DNA of 64,000 nucleotides from Octopus sinensis (GCF_006345805.1 NC_043001.1:109678001-109742000), one strand, 5' to 3'. Shown: positions 1-13,709, counted from the stretch's first letter. Notes: a model not told the origin generated them from the letters alone. Translations and numbers: made by a program.

Positions 1-359
1 GTTCAATAGGCCATACTCAATGTGACAACAACTTTAGAAACCAGGGCGTTTGTATGTGTGATAAAAGAAAGGTGATTATTAATTGAAAATTATCTCTCAA
101 TATTTTCTCCCCGGTTAAGAAACCATTCAAAATCTTTTAAATCAGATTTGTGAATATTTAAAAAAAATATTTTTAATAAAAAAAGATTATACTGAATTCA
201 GTGCTTTCTAGAATAAATGTGTTTACATTAATTGCTATTATTTTATTGTCGTCATAACATGTATGAATTAAAAAAAAATCTCACGTTTGTCATTCACACA
301 CGCTCTCCCTGTCTCTTTCTCACGCTTCATATTTTTCTTTAATCACAGATAAGCCAGTG
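1..359 (+). repeat. Near-identical copy of 1085-1446, abutting the gap
   Basis: Same sequence from gttcaatagg to aagccagtg; the differences seen are 1-nt indels. Confidence 0.95.
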
Positions 360-459
360 NNNNNNNNNNNNNNNNNNNNNNNNNNNNNNNNNNNNNNNNN
401 NNNNNNNNNNNNNNNNNNNNNNNNNNNNNNNNNNNNNNNNNNNNNNNNNNNNNNNNNNN
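360..459. other. Assembly gap (100 N)
   Basis: Run of exactly 100 N. Confidence 0.99.
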
Positions 460-524
460 ATATATTAATGTGAAATAGAAGATGAATAATCTTGTAGTAG
501 ATTAATCAAAGTTTAACCCGATAC

Positions 525-631
525 CTAGTAGCAAAACACATTCGCCATGGGCTCTTAGGAGCATAGTTCGAATTGTTTTTTGCTCCGCCTCTGTTCTGTT
601 TTGTTTTTCCAACGGATTTCCTATTTTCTTC
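525..631 (-). CDS. Candidate internal coding exon (107 nt) of an unidentified host gene
   Basis: Acceptor tgtgtctttctcttcag and donor ag/gtatcg. Two frames are open: phase 2->1 KKIGNPLEKQNRTEAEQKTIRTMLLRAHGECVLLL, or phase 0->2 EENRKSVGKTKQNRGGAKNNSNYAPKSPWRMCFAT. Confidence 0.55.
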
Positions 632-769
632 CTGAAGAGAAAGACACAATATGGTCCCATTATTCAATCGGATTTTGGTAATTTTGTGCCTTTCGAAACA
701 CGTGTGGAATGAAATAAACGATTTCTGTTCAATCTGCGTTCAGCTCCATTTTCTTCAATCACCAATAAT

Positions 770-808
<39 letters not shown>

Positions 809-854
809 AGTATCTATATATATATACACATGTATATATGGGTACAGGACTCAC

Positions 855-857
855 CAA
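855..857 (-). CDS. Candidate 3-nt microexon (TTG)
   Basis: Minus strand reads ...ctctcttgttttcgtatttaatgttgtttacag TTG gtgagt: long pyrimidine tract with a TGC, then a consensus donor. Confidence 0.4.
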
Positions 858-1460
858 CTGTAAACAACATTAAATACGAAAACAAGAGAGTTAAATATGC
901 AAACGAGGTAATGGTTTTTATTAATTATTTCTTAAAAAAAAATGCTGTGGCATTTAAGCCGATTCATAATTCCTTAGAAATTTCTTCAAACAAAATTTTA
1001 TAAAACTGCGATTAGGTCTCTTGTATAGTAATGCATAAACCTTATATGAATGCGTGTAGCATTTTCGGCATATCTATATAACTTGTTCAATAGGCCATAC
1101 TCAATGTGACAACAACTTTAGAAACCAGGGCGTTTGTATGTGTGATAAAAGAAAGGTGATTATTAATTGAAAATTATCTCTCAATATTTTCTCCCCGGTT
1201 AAGAAACCATTCAAAATCTTTTAAATCAGATTTGTGAATATTTAAAAAAAATATTTTTAATAAAAAAAGATTATACTGAATTCAGTGCTTTCTAGAATAA
1301 ATGTGTTTACATTAATTGCTATTATTTTATTGTCGTCATAAACATGTATGAAATTAAAAAAAAAATCTCAACGTTTGTCATTCACACACGCTCTCCCTGT
1401 CTCTTTCTCACGCTTCATATTTTCTTTAATCACAGATAAGCCAGTGTTGTGCCTATATAT

Positions 1461-1662
1461 GCCGGGTGAAATGCGTAGCCGTATTTCATCTGCCGTTAGG
1501 TTCTGAGTCCAAATTCCGCCGAGGTCGACTTGCCTTTCATCCTTTCGGGTCGATAAATTAAGTACCAGTTTACGCACTGGAGTCGATGTAATCGACGTAA
1601 TCCGTTTGTCTGTCCTTGTTTGTCCCCTCTATGTTTAGCCCCTTGTGGGCAATAAAGAAATA
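1461..1662 (+). mobile_element. SINE family S2 (5'-truncated)
   Basis: gaggtcgact(t)tgcctttcatcctttcggg core and ctgtccttgtttgtcccctct...aataaagaaata tail, shared with many copies in the window. Confidence 0.85.
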
Positions 1663-2587
<925 letters not shown>

Positions 2588-2612
2588 ATTCAAATTATAT
2601 ATAAATATATAT

Positions 2613-2662
<50 letters not shown>

Positions 2663-2695
2663 ATATATATATATATATATTAATATATATATAAA

Positions 2696-2738
<43 letters not shown>

Positions 2739-2997
2739 GAGTTCTGATCAATGAATACCCGGCCTTTGGCATAGTAACGAAGCATGTAGAGTGAAACAGA
2801 TTCGTAAACATTAAACTCTGCTGTGCATGTGCACTAAGTTTTAACTGGTAGGTGAGTTCAGTAAAATTTAGATTTAGATTCAGATGAATATGGTACTTAA
2901 GTTGTGGAATCACAATTTGGTACAGTATTATTCAATTAAATGGAGTTGCATGAAACGATCGTACTGCATTACCTCTGGATATCCTTGTTGCTTATTT

Positions 2998-3032
<35 letters not shown>

Positions 3033-3035
<3 letters not shown>

Positions 3036-3258
3036 CTTTACTGCCCACAAGGAGCTAAACATAGAGGGGACAAACAAGGACAGACAAAGGGATTAAGTAG
3101 ATTATATCGACCCCAGTGCGTACTGGTACTTAATTTGTCGACCCCGAAAAGATGAAAGGCAAAGTCGACCTCGGCGGAATTTGAACTCATAACATAACGA
3201 CAGACGAAATACGGCTACGCATTTTGCCCGGGCGTGCTAACGTTTCTGCCAGCTCGCC
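3033..3258 (-). mobile_element. SINE family S2
   Basis: Reverse complement of the S2 head, core and tail. Confidence 0.85.
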
Positions 3259-3260
3259 TC

Positions 3261-3300
<40 letters not shown>

Positions 3301-3308
3301 ATATATAT

Positions 3309-3388
<80 letters not shown>

Positions 3389-3389
3389 A

Positions 3390-3475
<86 letters not shown>

Positions 3476-4064
3476 TATATATATATACACACACACACAC
3501 ATATTGTGTATAATTTTTGTATCTATATGCACACGTTTGAAACATTTACTGCATATGAAAGTTACCCAGAAAACAAGTTCAGGTCAATATACACATAAAA
3601 CTATGTCGTGGGAGTAGGTGTTACAATGTACTTACAGCATAATGACTTTATGAAAAGAGAAATATATGGAATATACATTTAATTATTCACATCACTAAAA
3701 TATTTCAGCGACGCTCAGAAAACACCTTCATCTGAAGAACATCAAATAAATGCATAGTTTAATCGCTAACTCAGGCATTTAGACAGAAAAAATAACAGAA
3801 GGCTACAGCTAACAGTAGAACCAAATAAAAAATTGCAGACTTGATGTCTGCATCATTGAACTAACGCAACTGGCCATAAAGTTGTATAATTGTTAATGAG
3901 TTAGATGTAAATTATAATGTGGTGGTGCTAGGAGTCAGGAGCTTCCATAAGAGATAAAACATTATGATAATATTAATGATTGTTATTGTCATATAGATGT
4001 ATTTATATCATAAACGTATGCACCTATATATATATATATGTATATACATATATATATATATATT

Positions 4065-4275
4065 GGCGCAGGAGTGGCTGTGTGGTAAGTAGCTTGCTTA
4101 CCAATTACATAGTTCTGTGTTCAGTCCCACTGCGTGCACCTTGTTCAAGTGTCTTCTATATACCCTTGGGCCCCCAAACCTTGTGATGGATTTGATAAAC
4201 GGAACTGAAAGACGCCCATCTTTATATATATATATATATAATATATATATATATATATTTTGTGGTGTGTGGTGT

Positions 4276-4315
<40 letters not shown>

Positions 4316-4545
4316 TGTTGCGTGTGAGTGGTATGTGTATGTGTGTGTGTGTAGGTTTGAATATATGTTTACGTTTGTGTCCCTGTGTTGTCCCCCATCA
4401 TCGCTTGACAACCGATATTGCTGTTTACGCCCCCGTAACTTAGTGGTTCGGTTTAAGAGACCAATAGAATAAGTACTAGGCTTACAAAGAATAAGTCATA
4501 GGATCGATTTGTTCCAGCATGGCCGCTATCAAAATAACTGAAATA
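4065..4545 (+). mobile_element. tRNA-derived SINE family S1 with internal (TA)/(GT) microsatellite
   Basis: ggcgcaggagtggctgtgtggtaagtagcttg head and tcgcttgacaaccg...catggccgc tail. Confidence 0.85.
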
Positions 4546-5271
4546 TAAGGTCATCCCATAAGTTCTGTCCGATTTCACCTTTTTTTTAAATTGAATGAAA
4601 TTTTATAGTATTTTAGAAAGTCTAATGGAATGAAAAATTATTTTTGATGCATTTGTGAACATTTAAACTAATTAAATATTATTTTACAGAATAATAGAAT
4701 TAAAATGTCTTTTATTAAAACCCTGGAAGTATCCAAAGAGCATTTAAGGCACATAATGCTTTATGAGTACAAAAAAAGGAAACTCTGCAGCCGAAGCGAC
4801 TCGAAACTTACACTCGCTTTATGGGAAAGAATGCTTGAATGAAAAACTCGCAGAAGATGGTTTGCAAAATTCAGAATTGGAGATTTCAGCCTTGAAGATG
4901 AAGATCGAACAGCACGTCCAGTTGAGTTTGATGATAAGCTCCTTGAGGCATTAACTGAAGAAAATCCTGCACTAACAGTTGAAGAATTGACAATAAAGCT
5001 TAGTTCAAACCATTCAACGGTTCATCATCATCTTCAACAACTTGGAAAGGCTCCTAAACTTGGAAAATGGGTGCCTCATGGATTATCCGAAAGCAACCAC
5101 AAATCCTGAGTTTCTATCTGCTCTTCTCTCCATTCTCGCGAACTCATTTCACCCTTTTTGGATAGACTTGTGACTGGTGACGAAAAATTGATCTTCTACT
5201 GAAATGTTAAATGTCGAAAACAGTGGCTTGGTAAAAGGGAAAATGCTCAACCACAACCGAGAAGCGAACTT

Positions 5272-5274
<3 letters not shown>
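4546..5274 (+). mobile_element. Mariner transposon, 5' half, decayed
   Basis: TA followed by TIR-like taaggtcatcccataagttctgtccgattt. Frameshifted transposase EHLRHIMLYEYKKG...WFAKFRIGDFSLEDE...GKWVPHGL...LVTGDEK (WVPHEL motif and first catalytic Asp). Truncated at (CA)n. Confidence 0.9.
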
Positions 5275-5320
<46 letters not shown>

Positions 5321-5439
5321 GCACACGCACACACACACACACACATATATATGCACACATATACACACACAGACATATATACACACATATATATCTATTT
5401 ACCTCGAATCCTGGGTGGTGACTCTCACACTATCACCCC

Positions 5440-5491
<52 letters not shown>

Positions 5492-6052
5492 CACAGATAT
5501 ACTTATATAGCATTCATACATGGACATTTATCTATTGCACTGGAGAGCATTCATAATGTATAACGAATAGCAATATTCTTTTTATATTTCTATGCTTTAT
5601 TCAGCCGTGTTATGTACATTTTAATAAACTATTTAATTTATTATTCGTATTTAATCTTTCACAATGATAATGTGGGAGGATGATAATTTTGGGAAATTCC
5701 GTTGTTGCACATATATCCAATTGGTCACTGATAGAGACTTGTGTAGACTCGGAATCTCATTTTTGTTGACGATGAATTCTTAATCTCATTCTTACGGAGA
5801 GTTTACTTTGTACAATGTGATTTTCGTCTTATGTATATATTATAACTTTCTGATTAACAAGTGAAGTGGTTTTTCATAATAAAAACCAGTCCCTATGTAT
5901 GTGTATCGTCAGTGAGGCTAGTACAAGTTCCACAATTAGAGCGACAGGATTTTCTAAGTGCTGTGGGTTATATTTGTAGTTGGTAATTGTGCGCTGATAT
6001 ATATATATATATTATATATTCAAGGGATTTTGGTTGTTTTTGCATTTCGTTA

Positions 6053-6445
6053 TCTTTATATATAAAAGTAAGTTTGTGTGCTGTCTGTCTCCTACGATTT
6101 AGATTCCTAACTACTCCCACATTTTGCGGTGCAGTTTAACCAAAACCGGGTATCTTATAGTCGTGATTCATATCGAGCCCTTCTGGGTATTAGCGCGCGT
6201 CTACGATGAGTCTACGATTAAAAAAAATTTACCATCATTTTTCTCATTTTTAATGCATCTTTGGCATATATAAGGGAAGTACTCTCTAAAAATTTATTAT
6301 TAAATCTCAGAACGTAAAAAGCTACAGTAACACTCCCCCCTTTGTGGTTAGCCATATTGAGATGGCTATTATACTTTACATCTCTAAAAATGCTTATATA
6401 GTTATTTCCCTTACAAACCCGAGCAACGCCGGGCGATACTGCTAG
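6053..6445 (+). mobile_element. Non-autonomous Helitron-like element
   Basis: 5' TC(tttatatataaaag), 3' hairpin acccgagcaacgccggg followed by CTAG, inserted between A and T. Confidence 0.8.
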
Positions 6446-7761
6446 TTTTGTATAATTCAAGTGCCTTTTCATTCTTGGGTTTCGACTCACTAATGATACG
6501 CTCTGATGGTCAGTGCGGAACTTTTTTTTTGTGTTTCTTGTGTTATGTGTTGTAGTTGATATTTAACGCTGCTGTCAGAGATTGTAATGTTTGCCTTATG
6601 TCTAGGATGTCTGGTTGTGCAGTCTGGTGAGCACATTCCGAAAAGCGGAAGCTTTCAGTCACTTTGAACATCAGCTGTGCTTTGTACACTATCAGTCATT
6701 TTTGTGGGACAAATAATTTTCTAACCCTGTGAAGGGGCCAAACTTTGATTTTCACAGTTTGCTCATAAAAAAAAAATTAATTATCTGTCATCTGCCTAGT
6801 AGAAACCGGTGTGGCACAGTCTGTGGAATTGTGTCATTACGATTGGTTCACTAATACTGCACATTCAACAAAATGTTTGGAGGATATGGATATTTACGAA
6901 ATGCTAACGATGAGTTAAACTCGATTTCCCAAAATCCATATTTATCTTCATTATGCTCAGAATCGGAATACCAGACAATTCATATCGACAAACATTTATT
7001 TTAGTATACAATTTTATGCAACTCATTTATCATTGTTCATGTTATCTCTCACCATATTGCCTGCTCCTTGGAAATATATTTAATCAGATACTCAGATATT
7101 TCAACTTGGCGCAAATAGCTATTATTATGCGTTTGTAACTGCTGTATGCTATGATAACATAGATATATATTGTGCGCCCATTCATTGTTTTGTTCACTTA
7201 AAAGGGACCATCAGGAATTTGGTGTCTGAAACATTTATCGAAATAAATTAAAATAGAATACATTCCTTCATTCCAAAACGATTTTAAATAACAACAGCGG
7301 AAAACAGCAAAACAAACAGAGATACGTCGCCACACATTTGAAAGGGTGGCAGTCGATGGTGCGTGTATCAAGGGTATAAGAAGTTTAACATATATATATA
7401 TATTTGCTTCAGTGAGGATTTGAAATGCATTCATAGAATTGTCTGATCATGATGTTACTTCTTGCTTTATGACAGTCAGTGTGTATCATGTGTATAACAT
7501 ACGTGAAATATTTCTCGACAAATATAAGTTAAGTTAGTTAAGTTAAGTTAATTTTTGGCTCAAAAAGCAAAAAGCAAGGCCATGTAGGGGAAATTATATG
7601 AAATTATATGCATAAATTTTTAACAATATATATGCAAATGATGCTTCTGATAATAATTATAAATGTATGATGTTTCGAAAAGTATTTTTACGCCATAATA
7701 AAGTCAGCGCCTGTAGATTTCATATACATTGAAAAAGTTTTTCTGTTTCTGATCTTTTGGG

Positions 7762-7764
<3 letters not shown>

Positions 7765-7832
<68 letters not shown>
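7765..7832. repeat. (AG)n microsatellite
   Basis: AG run. Confidence 0.95.
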
Positions 7833-7834
<2 letters not shown>

Positions 7835-8902
7835 GTAAATTTATTCAAATAATCTCCAAAAAACTGCTTTATATACAAAAGATATCGCATGAAGACAAAA
7901 TGCGTAGGAGAAATGTAAATTACAGAAACAAGATTAGAAGCAGACGTCATAGAATTATTTGCGCCAGTTGATATTTGTACTGAAATTACAAACACGCTTC
8001 TGTGTTTTTGTTTTTCTTTTGCTTTTATTTATCTACGGAAATTTTGATTTCCAGTCATTTCCTATGTCTTGCAATGTCTATTTTTCAATCTGTTTCATTG
8101 AAATATCATTTGTAAAATAATTCTCAAACGAATAATATTGAATAACTTATATATAATGATATACATTCAATGTCGATAGTTCACTGAATTTAATGGCTGC
8201 ACTAATATACGTAGCTAGAATAACAACAGACACGTGACAGTGCTATAACTGCAACAGTACAAATAATGGCGGTGATATATTTTTTACATAGGCACAACGT
8301 TGTTGACTGTGGCAGACAATTATATCCCATTACTCTAAATATCATTAATAGACAGTCGATTATCGCAGTATTTGGTATAGCATCATCGATGAAATAGATG
8401 CCATTCAAGAATTGGTGATGTTAGCCCTGTGGTTTTACCAGTCACTCTGCTATTTGGTATATCAGCGATCAACATTTTTGCCATGTTCTGTTTATGTGTT
8501 CTATGTTTGAAGCTTAAATCTTACTGAATAGTATTTTAAGATCCTTTGGAGATTAATAAAATGCGTAATAATGAAGAGAGGCTGTCGATTAAAACTACTT
8601 ATATACTCCTTACACTCGTGTCTGCTATTTGCTTGCGTGTCGAATTTACCCGGACGAATTATTCACATGTTTCATAAATGCTGAGTTTTGTAGTCTTCCA
8701 TTGTTATCTAATGCTCAGTTTACGTTCGGTTAAGCATTTAATGATACTCTTATATTTTATTAGAAACTTTGCAAGTAATTAGTTTATAAGCCTTTAATTT
8801 GCTTCCAAATGACATTTTTGAATTTATTAACTAGGTGTTTTCTTTCCTATAAAGTGAGTTAGGTTTGGTTAATATCTGTTTATTTATTAATAATGAGGAA
8901 TA

Positions 8903-9310
8903 GGCGCAGGAGTGGCTGTGTGGTAAGTAGCTTGTTTACCGACCACATGGTTCCGGGTTCAGTCCCACTGCGTGGCATCTGGGACAGGTGTCTTCTGCTA
9001 TAGCCTCAGGCCGACCAATGCCTTGTGAGTGGATTTGGTAGACGGAAACTGAAAGAAGCCCGTCGTATATATGTATATATATATATATGTGTGTCTATGT
9101 GTGTGTGTGTCTGTGTTTGTCCCCCTAGCAATGCTTGACAACCGATGCTGGTGTGTTTATGTTCCCGTTACTTAGCGGTTCGGCATAAGAATAAGTACTG
9201 GGCTTACAAAAGAATAAGTCCCGGGGTCGAGTTGCTCGATTAAAGGCGGTGCTCCAGCATGGCCGCAGTCAAATGACTGAAACAAGTAAAAGAATAAAAG
9301 AGTAAAAGAG
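8903..9310 (+). mobile_element. SINE family S1, near full length
   Basis: tRNA-like head, internal microsatellite, tail ggcggtgctccagcatggccgcagtcaaatgactgaaacaagtaaaag. Confidence 0.9.
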
Positions 9311-9599
9311 GAATAGAAAAAAGACATCCTTTGAAATATTAATCCACTACGATTAAAATCATTTATTTGTTTGTTTTCTCTTACGTACAGAATATTCTGA
9401 AGGAGTGTATGGTGTGTTGAAAACCACGACAGTGTTAACTTGTTATACATTCGCAAATAGAAAGCATAAAATGTCAATTCTCTATTAATGGAAAAAAAGC
9501 TGAAGGTATCAAATGTCTGTTCTAAAGGATATGCGACAAATAGAAATGGGGTCATCACCCAGAAAGGCTGAATTCCTGTATTGAAACGAACTGCAAATT

Positions 9600-10790
9600 G
9601 ATTTATAAAACTAAACGAAAAGTATGGAGAAAAATGTGGAGGAATTCACAGCCACAATAGCAGGGCTAATCCATAGACACACCATCAGGACCATAAAATT
9701 TGGCAGAAAAAATGGAAGCTCCCGGAAGCAGTGAAGAAAGTGGAAACACTCTGCAAAGAATGGGCGATCGTTGCTAGAGTTGTCTTTTAGGGACGCCAAG
9801 AGCTTGGCAATTACATCAACAAGAGATGGAAAAGCACTATACTTGCTCATAGTGCAAGGTATCCGTGACTGAAGAAAGGAGAATTACCAAGTGAAGTAGG
9901 GCTTGCCCGCCAGGGGCAATGGATGTAGTGGGATCAGGCGCTCGAGCGCCTAATGTCCAGGACGGAACTCTTGAGTACAGACCAGGGGAGATGATCTTTC
10001 TTCTTTCGTGCTGTCTCACTGACCTATTGCCAACCCCAAATAACCTTAAGATGTGGGGTAAAGAAGATTCACTCAGCAAGCAGTGCAGAACAACGCTATG
10101 CACTGTGAACTACATTTTGACTGGATACCCCAAGGCACTGGAAGGAGGTCGATCTAAGTAGAGACATGACAAGATCCTTGTCGAAATCGCCAAGTGAACT
10201 CAAGGCTAACAAATACCAGTTTTCACTATCAAAGAGTATCAAATTCCTAGGGGAAGGCGACAAATCTCCTAGATGAAAGCGATGGCAGGGGACCTGTTTT
10301 CTATTTTGCGTTCAGCCTCAGACTGGGTGTTACAAGAGGGCCTAAAGGGCAGACTTGTTTCCTAGAGAAAATAGTGGTAACACCACTCCGACCAGACAGG
10401 TTCCTGCTCTCCAGGAATACACAAACAATCATCTTGGTCGAACACAGAGTGGTCTAGAAAGACATACTCGATATTTCCCAGCAGGGGAAGGAAACCAAGT
10501 ATTAGGTCTTGGTTAACGGGTCTTAATTCCTTATTGAAATCGGCTGTCGCAGATTATAATCTAGATCAGTGAGCTATTTCTTGCAGGCCTGGAACCCAGG
10601 GATAAGACTGTAACCCAGAAATCTGAAGGAAACAATCAAAGAAATAGGATTACAGCTGAAACCAGCTCATGGTGGCTACGGTTGGTAAGAGAATGCAAGT
10701 AGAACCAGCCACAGGTGAAAACTTGGCCTTGCTGCCTCGCTCAGGCGCGTAACCCCGAGATAACTAATGATGATAAGGAAGGGTTTCCAG
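9600..10790 (+). mobile_element. HERO-type (RLE-encoding) non-LTR retrotransposon 3' fragment, decayed
   Basis: Frameshifted GRKW..EAV, GLARQGQW, DLLPTPNNLKMWG...ILTG..KALEGGR..RHDKIL (decayed zinc-knuckle region), LRPD..S....IILVE (PD-D/E restriction-like endonuclease) and EIGCR. Confidence 0.8.
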
Positions 10791-11229
10791 CATTGTGATG
10801 GATTTGGAAGAAGTTAAAAAGCCTCTGAATGGCTCCTGGGTTTTCTGCATGGCAAAAAGCATCACCAGTGTATATTTCATTTCACCTTTACTGAAACGAA
10901 GTGCAGATTGTTTTATAAAACAACGAAACACAAGAAAATATTTTTGTGTTGATCATCAGATTCACGGAGGAATTAGATGAAATGTAAGCATGAATTTCAG
11001 AAAGGATAAATCTACTGTTTAAAACCTTGACTTGTACTAACAGCCGCCATTAGTTTTCAATTGGAGACAGTGATGAAGCGCAAAAAATCAGGAATTAAAG
11101 AATATGAAAAATGTTATGAATACATTTGAAAATTCTTATTATAAACTAACGGTTAAAACCCCATTTCGGTCATTAATGTCCATGGGATTGCACCTAGAAA
11201 ATTCACTTCCGAGGTACAAGTACAGGCCA

Positions 11230-11362
11230 GGTTGTTTATGGAAGACCAGCGGTTACCCATACATATCCGTCTCCCCTATCTACGTCACTGATGTTATCCA
11301 AGGGAAAGGCATAGGTCAATACAGCTTGCCACCAGTGACGTCGCGACTCATTTCTACAGCTG
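11230..11362 (-). mobile_element. SINE fragment (S4-related)
   Basis: ggaagaccagc...gatgttatccaagggaaaggc...ccagtgacgtcgc.actcatttctacagctg; its end matches, in reverse, the cagctg..aaatgagt segment of the S4 copy at 45473. Confidence 0.55.
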
Positions 11363-11840
11363 TTCTTAACGCGTATGCAGTCTGTATTTAACGGATTTCA
11401 ATGAAAATTTTTTCAGTTGTTATTTAGCTCAAAATAATAAAATCTGTGAATTTTCAGGCAATTTCATTCACTAGAATAGGTTAATGCGACGTAATAATTT
11501 AATTTTCTGAGTTTTAATGCTTCCTAGATATTTTAATATTGGTAAAATCATGTGATCAGTATCCGCTTTTTTGGGGTTTTAGATTTAAACAAACATTTTC
11601 TGTTATAGTAAATAACAGTCATATACGTTCATTCCGCATCCATCTCCACTCTAATCTTAAAATTCCAGATGAACAAAAATCAGCTGCAAAATATTTCCAT
11701 TATACGAATTACAAATTTAGAAGCAGCAGGAGATTGTCTAGGGGAAGTAACTCTTACAATAGAGTTATCTCCTATGATGACTGTAAATAGAAAATTACGT
11801 TGATGCGCAATGTTTAAAATGTATAACGAAATAGTTTTGC

Positions 11841-12885
11841 CTACTCTAGGCACGAAGCCCTACATTTTTTGTGGAGGCGGCCAGTCGATTAGATCGACCC
11901 CAGTACGCAACTGGTGAGCTGGCAGAATCTTTAGCACGCCGTACTAAATGCGTAGCCGTATTTCGTCTGCCGTTACGTTCTGAGTTCAAATCCCACCGAG
12001 GTCGACTTTGCCTTTCATCCTTTCGGGGTCGATAAATTAAGTACCAGTTATGCATTGGGGTCGATATAATCGACTTAATCAGTTTGTCTGTCCTTGTTTG
12101 TCCTCTCTGTGTTTAGCCCCTTGTGGGTAGTAAAGAAATAGGTACTTAATTTATCGACCCCCAGAGGACGAAAGGCAAATTCGACCTCGGCGAATGTAAA
12201 GACAGAATGTAGAGACAGATGAAATGCCGGTAAGCATTTCGCCCGGCGTGCTAACGCTTCTGCCAGCTCGCCACTTTTATATAAGAAAATGATCTTTTCT
12301 ACTCTAGGCATAAGGCCCGAAATTTTTAGGGAGGGGGGCCAGTCGATTAGATCGACTCAAGTACGCAAATGGTACTTAATTTATCGCCCCGAAAGGATAA
12401 AAGGCAAAGTCAACCACGACGGAATTTGAACTCAGAACGTAAAGACAGACGAAAGATCGCCAATTATTTCGCCCGGCGTGATAACGTTTCTGATTTCTTT
12501 ACTGCCCACGAGGAGCTAAACATAGAGGGGACAAACAAGGACAGAGACAGGGATTAAGTCGGTTAGATCCACTTTAGTGCGCAACTGGTACTAAATTTAT
12601 CGACGGCGAAATGATGAAAGACAAAGTCGCCCTTGGCGGAATTTGAGCTCAGAGCGTAGCAGCAGACGAAATACCCATTTCTTTACTACCCACAAGGGTC
12701 TAAACACAGAGTAGACAAACAAGGACAGACGAACGGATTAAGTCGATTATATCGACCCCAGTGCGTAACTGGTACTTAATTTTCGACCCCGAAAGGACGA
12801 AAGGCAACGTCGCCCTCGGCGGAATTTGAACTCAGAACGTAACAGCAGACCAAATACCGCTAAGCACTTAACCCATCATGTTAAC
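11841..12885. mobile_element. Cluster of at least five S2 SINE modules in both orientations
   Basis: Plus-strand copy at ~11915-12135 followed by several minus-strand partial copies. Confidence 0.85.
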
Positions 12886-12939
12886 GCACGCGCGCGCGCA
12901 CACACACACACACATACACACAGAGTAATCACGTTCGTT

Positions 12940-13148
12940 AAAGAAGGTGGAAAGCCAGTGAGAGCACCAAAAAGGCCAGGACCCTGTCGTGGGATATGAA
13001 ATTGGACCTGGAGGAAAGTCTGCAGTTTTCCCAGGTCTTTCCTACAACTCTGAGATCAGATGTAGTGTTGTCATGCGTAAAAGCAAGGAAAATAATCATG
13101 ATTGAGGTAGAGTTCCCAGGGGAAAATGATGTGAATAGAGCTGTGATC
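12940..13148 (+). mobile_element. Second HERO-type RLE fragment
   Basis: WDMKLDLEESLQFSQVFPTTLRSDVVLSCVKARKIIMIEVEFPGE matches the W...DL...L.FP..I..T.LRPD.VL.S...K.VI.IELTVPWE pattern. Confidence 0.75.
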
Positions 13149-13180
13149 ACGCACACACGCACACATACGCACACACACAA

Positions 13181-13239
<59 letters not shown>

Positions 13240-13247
13240 CACACACA

Positions 13248-13412
13248 TACGACGGACCTCTTTTAGTTTCTCTCTACCAAATCCACTCACAAGGCTTTGG
13301 CCGGCGCGAGGCTATAGTAGAATACATTTGCCCAAGATGTCATGCAGCGGGGCTGAACCCAGAATCAAGTGGTTGGTAAGCAAGCTACTTACCACGCAGT
13401 CACTCCTGTGCC
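13248..13412 (-). mobile_element. SINE S1 head
   Basis: Reverse complement of the tRNA-like head. Confidence 0.85.
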
Positions 13413-13580
13413 TATGATGATGACTTTTCAGATTTGAAGAAATTTGCCTCTTGTGTGATATCAATGTTTGGAACAACTTGTGCCTGTGAATACAGTTCTA
13501 TATTTAAGAGATGAGGGATTATGTACAGTATTTACATTATTTACATTTGACGGACATTTCTTCTCATCTTGTTTTTTGTT

Positions 13581-13626
13581 AACACAACGTTTCGGCTGGT
13601 ATACTCTCCAGCCTTCATCAGGTGTC
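13581..13626 (-). ncRNA. Minimal type I hammerhead ribozyme (family B)
   Basis: GACAC CTGATGA A GGCTGG agagtata CCAGCC GAA ACGT T GTGTT. Confidence 0.75.
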
Positions 13627-13709
13627 CTGGGAGAATCTCGAACCTGGGTTCTCATTCCTAAGAGAATAATATCTTAGGAATGAGAACCTAGGTTCGAAAT
13701 TTCCCCCTA

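Noticed and set aside
3700-3745. Hammerhead-like CAGATGAAGG...GAAATATT (minus)
   Set aside because: Core is mutated and neither stem I nor stem II pairs.
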